Part shown: positions 50,561 to 64,000 of the stretch, in pieces
How the letters are laid out: every line of letters starts with the position of its first letter
Numbering within the stretch: position 1 is the first letter of the stretch
Source: the human T2T-CHM13v2.0 reference genome, Homo sapiens
Assembly (NCBI RefSeq): GCF_009914755.1
Contig: NC_060931.1
Length of the DNA stretch: 64,000 nucleotides
Reading direction: 5' to 3' (one strand)
Notes under the pieces: generated by a model
The model's input: only the letters and a program-made list of their open reading frames with translations
The model's database searches: none
What the model was told of the DNA's origin: nothing
Position numbers and translations under genes: made by a program

Positions 50561-51699
50561 AGGACACCCCCTCGGAACGCGCGGCCCCCCGGCTAAGTCA
50601 TGTTTAACAGCCTCAGAAATTATCTTGTCTCCGCGTTCTTTCTTCTGCCGGCGAGCCAGGTAATGGTAACAGAGCGAAACTCCCCAGTCGGAACTTCTGG
50701 GTTGCAGCAGCCTCGCCCCCCCTCCCCGCAGCCCGCCGCCCGCTGGTCCGTCGCCAGCTGGGTGTCCCGCGGAGTCCCAGAAAGTTTTTTTTTTTTTAAG
50801 GAAAAAAATTGCTAATACCTGACATGTCTTTCGGTTCATAATTGCGATTGTTAGCGAAGTGGTCTCGAATTCCATTTCACTCCCCGTTCGCCGCTCTCAG
50901 ACTAAATTGCAAATATCCCCAAGTCTGTAGCAAAAAAAGTTTTCTCATTGAGCAGGTCAACTGTGAACCCGGGGCCGGGAGCAGTTCCCTAAATAGATCC
51001 GCTACGTAGCCATTAATTAATAGCATCTCGAACCAGAAACAGTTTTAACCTTGGAAAAGCAAAGAATCCTCTCCCGGTTGAAATTGAAACTTAAAATCCT
51101 TTGAGTAACGATTTAACTATTCAGCCAACGAAAGAAAAATGCATGTTTAAACTGCATTAACCTGTCACTGGCATCCAAACAAATTTAAACGCTGAGATAT
51201 AAATTATAGTCTAGCGGCGAGATAAACACATTAAAATGGACTCCCACCATTTTAATAATAGAAAGTCACGTTTCCAATTAGGCATTATCTTGTAATTTGC
51301 TTTTGACGAAAGTTAAATGTAAGGAAATGCAGCACATGATATAGAATGCTCATATGGTGTTTTGTGATTGTGGAGGTTTGCCTTTTTTATAATCAAATGC
51401 ATGTACGGTTTCTTTTACGTGTCTTCATTGCTCTCATTTTTTCCCTCGTTTTTCTTTTTAAAAATGTAAAACCACATAGAAAAACAAACAGGATAATTTC
51501 TAAAAATAGTCATATCTTAGTTTTTGATGTATACAAGCTTTTATATGAGTGAATTGTGTGCATTTTATTTGTAGTTCTTCAGTACTTTTTCTTTTGAAAA
51601 TTAATACGTATGTATCAAGAATAACATACGTTCATGTATTTACTGCCTAGGGTAATCAAATGTGAAATTTTTGTTATAGTTGTTTCATGTTTTTATTTA

Positions 51700-54600
51700 T
51701 ATTAAACATTACAGATAGAGTTGAATGTCACTTTGTTTCCCTCCCCAGTTCCATTCACCTTTCTCCCTCTTCACTTTTCTAGGTAATTAGTATTATAAAG
51801 TGGCTATTTAATCTGCATTTGTTTTGATACCCGTATTACCTAATTATACATGTAAATATATGTATATCTCCATGCTTATTTATTAAAATTTTTAAGTAAA
51901 TGGTTCACTAGTATACATATCATTTTGCAACTTCTTTCCCTCAATATGATTTTGACAGCTATCCAGGTTGACACCTATAGAATCTACTTTATTCATTTCA
52001 GCAGTTTTTAAATAATATTGTCAGTGTTATTATTTTTAAGGCGATTCCATTGCAAAACAGTTAATTTTTCTGAAGTTCCTCTAGACGATTAACTCTTCGT
52101 TAATCTACACATTAAAATCTATCAGATAGAATAATTTACTAGCTGTTTTAATTTTATTATTTAGAAAAAATGTGAAGATATTTAAAATGCAGAGAGAACA
52201 TTACAAGCACCCATATACCTGTCTCATATAATGAATATGTTAACATTTTGTTATATCTCCCTCAGATCTATTAAGTATTCAACATTTCTGATAAAATTGA
52301 AGGTCCCCTTGTACTGCCCCCAATACCATTCTCCACCCTTTTCCCCAAAGGCAAACACTAACATGAATTTGGTATGTAACTTTCCAATCTGGGTTTTACA
52401 ATTTAACTGGATGTGAACCTATAAAATGCAGAATATTGGTTTATATGATTTTTTTAAATGTACAAACATGGTATTAGGCTGTGCATATTATTCTTGGACT
52501 TATTTTTTTCATTCATGGTATGTTTTTATTTTTTCTCTTCGTGTTGATAAATATAGATCCAATTCATTCATTTTAATTGCTATAGTGTGGATCCATGCAT
52601 ACAAATGTGTCCTGTTTATTCATTCCCCTATTGATGAATATTAAACTGCTGCCAATATTTTGGTACTACTTGTGCATGTTTCCTTTGCACATATGTGAGA
52701 ATTTCTCTATGTATCTACCTAGATGGGGAATTGCCGGGCTCCACACACATTTTCAGTTTTGCGAGAGACTGCCAAATGCTTCAATTTGCACACCCATCAG
52801 AAGTGTGTGACAGTTCACGTTTCCCTCACATGATCTTCAACACTTTCTAGATTAAGATTTTTATTATTCCTGCCAATTTGATTATTTTAAAAAACAGTAT
52901 CTTGTTGTCTTATTTGAATTTCCCTCACTGCTAGCAAAGTTAAGCATTTTTTCCCCATATGTTTGTTGGTTATTGAGGTTTCCAAGTCTGTGATTTGTTT
53001 TTTCACAGTCTTCATTCATTTTTTTCAGTAGATCGTGTATGTTTTATCTTTTTTCCTCCTGATTTGTAGGAATTCATGCGTGTAAACATTAAATATATTG
53101 TCTCAGTCTGTGGCTTGTCTTTTAACTGCTTTTGATGTCTTTTGTACTATAGACAATTTAAAATGTACTCATATTCATTGATCTCTTTCTTTATAGTGTC
53201 ATTTGTGGATTATTAAAGAAACCTCTCCATACCTGATGCATAAAGGTAGCCTCTTATGTCTTCTTCCTTAATGTTTTAAAGTTTTGCTTTCCACACGAGA
53301 TTGATCTATCTGGGACTTATTTTTTTTGAATGGTGTAAAGTAGGAATTCAATAATTTTACTCCTCCCTTTCCCCCAACCCCCATATGGAAGGCGTGTGGT
53401 AACCCGATTTACTGAACAGTCCTTCGTGTCCCTATTAATATGTAATGCCACCATGATTGTAAATTAAATTTCTATGTATTCATGGATGTGTTTCTAGTTT
53501 GTCCTTTTCCACTAATCAAACCAAATTTGAGCCAATACCACAGTCTTAATTACCATGGCTTTGTAAATCTTGATGTGCAGAAGGACATATCCTCTCTTTG
53601 TTCATTTAAAAAATTGTTAGGTAATGTACACATCATTTTGCAACTTGCTTTTCTCCCTCCATGTGATTTTGAGAGCTACTCATGTTGATACCTGTAGAAT
53701 CTGCTTTATTAATTTCATGAATGTATAGGCTATTTTTGGACTTCTATTCTTCTATACTAACTTTAGCATTAGTTTGTCAAGTTGCATTGAAAAACTCTTT
53801 TGGTATTTTGCTTAGTTAAATTTATAGGTTAAAATTGGGGAGCTATGACAACTTCATAAAATTGAGCCAACTAGTACATTAATATTCTGATTTTTAAATG
53901 TCTTTCAATAACATTTTATAATTTGTTTATAAAAGTATTGTACCTCTTTGTTAGACTTACTCCTATTGTACCTTACAGCTTTTGCTGCTATTATAAGTGA
54001 GATCTCTTTTCTATTAAATGTTTAAATTGGTCATTGCTGCTACTGTCATTGGTAGAGATCCTGTAGATTTTGGAATAACCTGAAAACTGTGTTAGATAAT
54101 GCTGGCAAACATGCTGAACTTATTAGTTAAATAGTTTATTTGTAGATTCTCTTGTGTTTTCATGTAAATGATAATATTATCTATAAATAACACCCCTAAT
54201 ACATTTTCCCCTTTCTTATCTCTTTGCATGGGCTGGGACCTTCAATATAACATCAGATAGTTAAGGGTGAGTGCAAGCATTGTTTTCCTATTTTTATCTG
54301 ATTGAAAATGTTTCTCATGTGTCATAATTATGATATTTGTTGTAAGTCTTTGGTGGAAACCCTTTATCAGTTTCCTTTTATCCCATTTATGCTTAAAGTA
54401 GGAATATTGTTAAACCATGAAATGAATATTGAAATGTTATTAAATGCTTTTTCTAAAAACATTGAGATGATTACAGGTTTTATCTTTGCTGTGTTAAAGT
54501 GACAGGTCACATTGATAGATATTTCTAATGTGAACCTACCCTTGCATTCCTGAGTTAAACCCTGCTTTGCCTTGATGTACTGTTAGTTATTAATACAGTG

Positions 54601-55430
54601 CTTCATGTATTTTATTTTAGCATCGATGTTCATAAGTGACATTGGTTTAAAACTTTCCTTTCTTGCACTTTGTGCAAGAAGGAAAATGCATTTGGAAATT
54701 TCCTTCTTTTTCTATATTCTGTGACGGTTTGGATGAGATAGGTATGATTTGTTCCTTGACTATTTGGTAAGTCTCGTCTGTGAAACTATCATATTTTGAA
54801 AATTCAATTTAATTTCTTTAATGATTGTTGGTTTCTTTGGGGTTTCTATTTCTTCAGTCAATTTTGATCATTCACTTTTTTCTGCCTAAAAAATTAGATA
54901 CTACATTTAAACCTTTAAAATGTTGGTATATGGTTCATGGTATTCTCTTTAAACATTCTTTACGGTGTCTGTAGTTATACCCTATTTTTCATTATTTATA
55001 TCATATATTTGTGAATTCTCTATTTTTTCTTTTTTGTCTTAACAAAGATTTGTCTGTATATTTAGACAAACTTACAGAGGTTTGTCTGTAGTCTTTACAA
55101 ATAGGCAGCTTTTGTTGATCATATATCTGTTTCTTTTAAAATGTATATATTTGTTTAATTTCTATATTTATTTTTATTAATCCCTCACTTACATTTTCAT
55201 TGAGTTTAATGTATTATTCCTTAGCACCTTAAGTGCTTTTCAAGTTAAATACCTATCAATTCATTAGCAGTGTTTCTTATTTTCTAATATATAATTAAGG
55301 GCTATAAATTTCCCTTAAAGAGAAATTTCCCTTGCTTTATCTGTATCCCGCAAGTTTTTAAAATAGTGCTTTTATTGCCATTCAGTGCTAAATACTTTAT
55401 AATTCCACTGTGATTTCTTAAATATGAAAT
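51700..55430 (-). mobile_element. Old L1M (ME/MC-like) block upstream of KLF14
   Basis: Antisense L1 motifs throughout (cttgcattcctgagttaaacc; gctataaatttccc; cattagtttgtcaag). Confidence 0.75.
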
Positions 55431-55879
55431 TTTTGGAAGGGTGCTGTCCCCGGATTTCCCTGGCATTGTATCACTTGAACTATTCTATAACCAGTGCTCC
55501 TTGTGTAACCTCTCAGGAACTGGGTCTGGAAGTATAATTGGGGATTATTTGAAAAGGAAACTAGAATAAGGGTAATTTTTTAATGCAGCGTATACTGTGG
55601 CCTTGAAGTAAATGTTACCAAAATGTTATCTCTCCCAAGCCCATTCAGAAGCTTGCAGGAACAACATCAAAGAGATGTTCCTGAAGGCCTTGAACAGCTG
55701 ACTGGTCCATTCTTTTGGTCACAAGTAGTTCAGGGCATGTACATAGTAGGTGTTACATAAATATGGTAGAATAAATGAATAGGAATATACAAGCTGACAG
55801 ATTAGTATTACTATTCATTTATGATTATTAATCCCAAACAGACATTAAACATTCCTAGAAATACTGCACACCAGTTTGC

Positions 55880-58790
55880 ATCTGTTGCCAGTCTCCTTCC
55901 TGCCTTTTGGCAAAAGCTAGTCTGTTCTAGTTCTAGCTCCATTATCTCTTGCTTTCTCAAGATTCACAATCTATAACATACCTTCTCTCTCTCCAACATC
56001 ATCTGTTTTTTCTTCTGTACAGAATAATTTGAATCAACATTCAATAATGGATTAATACCTTCAGTTAAAAAATATCCCTCTCTCTCTCTCGACTCTCCTT
56101 TGTCTTCTAGCTACTGCCACATAGTTAGGTTGCCCATGAAAGCCAAATTTCTGAAGTGCCGAGTATATTCTGTCACCAATTCCTTACCCCCATGGATTAT
56201 TAAGTTTGCTTCAATATCGAGCCCTCACTTTGCTACAGAAATTCTTGTCAGGATCAACATTGATGCACCACACAATGTAAATGTCCTTAACACTACTGAA
56301 CTGTACATTTAAAAATAGTTGAAGTGAGAAATTTTATATTATACATACTTTAATTTTCAAAGCTTTCTTTTCTCAAAAGGAGAAAAAAATTAACATCGAC
56401 CCCCTTGTTAAATTCAATCCTCAAATAACTAGAACTCTCAGAGCAGTTGAGCAATCCTTGAAATATTCTCATCTTTTGGCTTCTGTGATATTACATTCTT
56501 TTGGGCTTTCTTCATCTTTCTAACTGTTCCTTAACAGTTTAAGTCTTAATTACTCATTCCACCTCTTTACCTAATCTCTAAAATTTAAAATTCTGCAGAA
56601 CTCTATCCTAGGTCTCCTTCTCTCAATTCTACCCACTCTCTCTAGGTAATTTTAAACATTTTCCATGGTTTAAGTACACCTGTATCCCAAGAACTTATAA
56701 ATTTTATACTCTTTAGCCCAGATCTCTTTTCCAGAGATGTCAGAGAGTCTTAACTACTTGACAGCTCCCCAGCCTTCCTGGAATGTCTCATTGATATTTC
56801 AAACAATAGATTAAAAAGTCAAATTCTACCCCAAATCTACTCTTACTGTATTCTTCCCTGTCTCAGTACACAGCACTTTCATCCATTCCTGCTCCTTAAA
56901 GCAGGAAACTGGGGTCATTCTTGACACTTCCCTCTCCATCCGCCCCAACATTTAATTAACCTTCAAGTTTGGTTGTTCTGCTTTCAAAATATGTCTTGAC
57001 CATCTCTTTTCTCATTTTTCCTGCCAGTACCGTAATCCAAATCAACGTCAGCTTTTGATCAAACTATCATAATACTGGGTTCCCTTAACTAGTTCCTCTA
57101 CTTCACTCTTGCTCCATTCCAGTGTCTTCCCCGTATAGTTGCTACATGGTGAAGTCATCAAAACCTTCCTGTCACAGTTAAGACAAATTCAGAACAGCAG
57201 ACAATGATCTGGCTCCTATTTACCTTTCTACCTGACCTCTTACTCACTCACTGTATTCCAGCTTACATTGGCCTTTGAAAACGCTAATTCCTCGAATGCT
57301 CAAACTGTAAAATCTTCGCATATGCTGCTCCTTAAACCTAAACTGCTCTTGCCTTCACTTTTTGCCTGAATAATTCCTATGTATCATTCATCCATTTTCT
57401 CTTCCTCTGAGAATCCTGACACCCACAATCTAAACTGTATCCTTTCTTTTACACAGGCATTCATTGATTTAACAAATATTTAGTGGATATTCTACTAAAT
57501 ATTACTAAATATTTACTGTTCTTCACCTCTCATAGTTTTAGGCACTGGTGATAGAGCAGTGAACAAAGCAGTTTCTGCCCTCATGGAGCTTACATCCTAA
57601 TGAGAGAGCCTGATAACAAGCAAGTAAGTAAATTCATAGTATTTCAGATATTCAGTGACAGATGCTGTGGAGAACAGTAAAACAGGGGCAGTGAGATAGC
57701 ATGTTCTGAAAGGGGATATTTTGTGTACAGGGGTTAGGCAAGACCGTTCTGATGAGGTGAACTGAAGGGAGTAGTCTTACAGAAATCTAAGAGAAAAATA
57801 GGAAGTGTGAAAGTTTTGAAGCAGAAGCATGTGGGGTGCTGGGCAGCTTAGAGGCTTGCACTGGTTTTCTACAGCTGCTGTAACAAATTACCATAAACTT
57901 AGTGGCCTAAAACACAAAAATTCCATTTCTCACAGTTCTTTAGTTCAGAAGTATCCAAAATCAGTCTCACTGACTAAAATCAAGAGATCACCAGGACTGC
58001 ATTCTTTGCAGATCCTGGGTGAGAATTCGTTTCCTTGCCCTTTTCTAGCTTCTAGAAGCAGCTGTCTGCCTTCCTCCCTCTGTAAAGGCAGCAATGATGG
58101 GTGGAGTCGTTCTCTGATTTGCATAAATCCGATCTACTCTTCACCTTCTTATTTCTGCTTATAAGAACCCTTCTGATTGCATTGGTCCCACTTGAATCCA
58201 GTATAATCTCCCCATCTCAAGATCAGCTAATTAGTAACTTCTATTCCATCTGAGTTCTGGGTATTAGGATCTGGACATCTGTGGGGAACTATTATTCTGC
58301 CTAGCACAGGGTTGAAGCAGACTAAAGGAAGGGAAGAATGAGTTCAGGGACTGGGCTGAGTGGGAGGCAGGTCATGTAGGGCCTTGTAAACAATGTGGAC
58401 AGGGAGATGGGAAGTCTTAAGGAGGATTGATTCACCTTGGTTGCTGTGTGGCTAGTAGACTCAATGGCAAACAAGAGTGGAAGCAGGAGAGCAGTTAATA
58501 TGCCACTGCAGAATTCCAAGACAAAGATGATGGTGGTTTAGACCAGTGAAGGTGGTGAGGTGCGGTCAGATCCGGGATGTTGTTTGGAGCTAGAGTGAGG
58601 GATATCTGCTAAGGTGTTGGACGTAGGGTATAAGAGAATGTGAGGATTCACGAATGACTGCAAGGATTTCAGCCCAGTAACTGGAAGAGTATACTTTCTA
58701 TTTTGAGATGGGGATGGCTTTAGAAGAAGCAGGATATAGGAGGTGGAAATTGGGAGTTTGCTTTTGGACACTTGGAGATAGGGAAGCTGA
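55880..58790. mobile_element. L2 fragments in both orientations, meeting near 57460
   Basis: cattcattgatttaacaaatattt; ctgccctcatggagcttaca; gggaggcaggtcatgtagggccttgtaa. Confidence 0.72.
57857..58308 (-). mobile_element. MaLR LTR (MLT1C/D-like)
   Basis: gctgctgtaacaaattaccataaacttagtggc...attattctgcctagcaca. Confidence 0.85.
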
Positions 58791-58817
58791 GTTGGCTCTT
58801 GGATCTGAGTCAGATGC

Positions 58818-58933
58818 TTTTTTTTTTTTTTTTTTTTTTTTTTTGAGACAGAGTCTCACCATGTTGCCCAGGCTGGTCTTCAGCTCCTGGGCTCAAGCAA
58901 TCCTTCTGCCTCAGCCTCCTGAGTAGCCAGGAT
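58818..58933 (-). mobile_element. Alu monomer / truncated Alu
   Basis: Poly-T then gagacagagtctcacc...; TSD agtc(a/t)gatg. Confidence 0.88.
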
Positions 58934-59904
58934 AGTCTGATGTTTTTATAGTTCAATGAAGTCCAGCTACATCCCTGACTGGGCAACAGGATAAAAGGGA
59001 TTTTTTAAAGCTATGTGTTTTTATACGTATGTTTCTGGAGAACAGGAATTCTAACTCTTAGTAGAGTTTTTCAAAATGCCATGTATAATTATTTGTTTAA
59101 TAGTTTTTTATTATAATGATCACAAGATGTTATCTAAATATACTTAAAACCGATTGTTTTGTGTCAAACTATAAAAACAAAGATTTATATTTTAGGAAAT
59201 CTAATCATTTAATATCTAATTTTTTTAAGTTCAATTTCCATTCTTGATAAAACCTCTATGTTCTTAGCTGTCAGGCTTCTGTTAGATCCGCTGAACTTCT
59301 TTCCTGTGACATTCACGCTCATGTTAATTTACAAGTCTAAATGAACTATATGTGACCTTATGAAAAACAGATGAGCTTTTCTTTGGTGAATTTCAAACAC
59401 TTTTTCAGTGCCTGTAGTGTTGTGGGCACATAGAAGGTAAAGGCACATAGCAAATAATTGGAAAATATTTTTATATAATGAGACTGAGAGCAAAGGTCCA
59501 ACTGAGATGTTTATATGAGACAGAAAAAAAAGTGGGTGGTGTTAAGATTCTGCAGTATGATAGCTCAATAGTTCAGCAGTATGTGTGGTGACTTTGGAGT
59601 CTAACAAGCCAGATTCAAATCTCAGCATGAGACATAGGACCCTCTCCTTTCCCATGAAGGGAATAGAAATTGGCGCAACAGTTTCATGATAACCTGTCAA
59701 GATGATGGTGTTCATACATACCCTGTAACTTAGAACTTTTATACCTTAGTTATATGCCATAGAGAAATTTTTGTACTTGACCCTAGGAGACTTCTACAAA
59801 TACGTTCAGAGCACCATTTGCTGCAAATTTTTGAAGTAACTTATTCATTAAAATGTAAGGCAATACTACACAGTAGTAAAAATAAGCAGTGAGGCGACAT
59901 ATCA

Positions 59905-60126
59905 AAGGCCTGTCTCTTAAAAAAATAAAAATAAATATCATAGCCAGGTGTGGCAGCCTGAGCCTGTAATTCCAATTACTTGGGATACTTGAGCCCAAGA
60001 GTTCGAGGTTACAGTGAGCTATGGTGGTGCCACTGCACTCCAGCCTGGCGACACGGCAAGACCTCATCTCTAAATAAATAGATAGATAGATGTATAGATT
60101 AGATTAGATTAGATTAGATAGATAGA
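59905..60126 (+). mobile_element. Partial AluJ with (TAGA)n/(TAGAT)n tail
   Basis: tagccaggtgtggcagc...gcaagacctcatctctaaataaatagatagataga. Confidence 0.82.
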
Positions 60127-60264
60127 CCAAAACTAGTTAGATCATGGATAATGCTTTCTGCTTAGTAAATAGAATGAAAAAAATCTAAGATTTTAGAAGA
60201 CTGTGTCAAATATGATATCTTTTACACAACGTAAATACATGATCATAATTACTATATCAACACG

Positions 60265-60480
60265 TTATAATTGTTAATAGTACAGACTCTGCAGCCAGAC
60301 TGCCACATTCGGCTTCCATCACTCACCAACTACATGACCTTGATTGAGTTACTTTGCTTCATTCATAAAAGGGAATGAGAATAGCACCTACTTTATTTGG
60401 GTTGTACTAATTAGTTAATACATGTAATATGATTAGACCACACATAGGCGTGTAGTAAGCACTGTATTCATTATTATGTA
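60265..60480. mobile_element. MIR
   Basis: cagactctgcagccagactgcc...tgaccttgattgagttac...gtagtaagcact. Confidence 0.75.
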
Positions 60481-60959
60481 TTGTTATCCACATATTATTC
60501 ATATATGTCCATAATACACCCATACATTAAAAGTAGAATACATTAGCAGGTGTGATAAATACCAAATTTAGAGCAGTAAGTGTCTCTGGTACGGGAGGAA
60601 AGGGAATGGAGTTTCAACAGATTCTTTTGTTATTTGTTTATTTTTTAAAAAATCTGAAGCAAATTAGGTAAATGAGATTTGTCAATATGAGCCTAGGTAC
60701 AGTGCTGTTTGCCATATTATTCTCTGTACTTTTCTGTGTGTGTGAAATTTTTTTTTTTAAATCGCAGAACAGAGCCAGAATATTAGACACACAAAACATA
60801 CCTGCCAAATAAGTGAGTGGACTGGGGATGCAGCCCTTGGAATGTCTGGCTGGACTCCCCCTTTATTCTGCCTTCCAGAATAAAGGCGAGCAGGGGGCAT
60901 CTTGGCCATTAGGAGGGACACTCCTCTCCAGCCATGTGGATGCAGTGGAGCCAGGCTTT

Positions 60960-64000
<3,041 letters not shown>

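Larger units (their letters stand above)
49340..51030. promoter_or_regulatory. CpG island spanning the KLF14 CDS and promoter
   Basis: Very high GC and CpG density against the AT-rich flanks. Confidence 0.95.

Noticed and set aside
49233-50596. Long plus-strand and alternate-frame ORFs over KLF14 (188, 254, 215 and 150 aa)
   Set aside because: Expected by-products of a stop-poor CpG island and the antisense of zinc-finger codons; low-complexity Arg/Pro/Ala content with no domain.
54654-54686. Hairpin ttcttgcac-ttt-gtgcaagaa
   Set aside because: Only a 9-bp perfect stem inside decayed L1; near chance expectation or a neutral template switch.

Overview
This is human genomic DNA, recognisable as the intergenic and gene interval at 7q32 (TSGA13-KLF14, next to the MEST/COPG2 imprinted cluster). 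Two genes are supported, both on the minus strand. The intronless retrogene KLF14 has its CDS at 49338-50309 (323 aa, Sin3-interaction motif plus three C2H2 fingers) inside a CpG island. The first coding exon of TSGA13 (MSQKRQTK, 1480-1652) lies near the left edge. The rest is mostly transposon-derived: about 30 Alus, old L1M/L2/MIR, MaLR and ERVL LTRs, MER30, MER2, and a shattered ERV-L pol/dUTPase relic. The most notable object is a very young L1HS Ta-1 insertion (18197-20166). It has a perfect 16-bp TSD, a twin-priming 5' inversion and a 54-nt 3'-transduced tag between two poly(A) tracts that should identify its source element. Other leads are a perfect 18-bp hairpin with template-switch hallmarks, three Alus stacked at one target site, an interrupted GCC/CGG tract at the KLF14 5' end that creates ZFP57 hexamers, and no canonical poly(A) signal for about 4.6 kb after the KLF14 stop. 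I found no convincing wholly new biological system. Most ORF-track entries are repeat or CpG-island artefacts. Repeat subfamily calls and boundaries were made by eye and are approximate.
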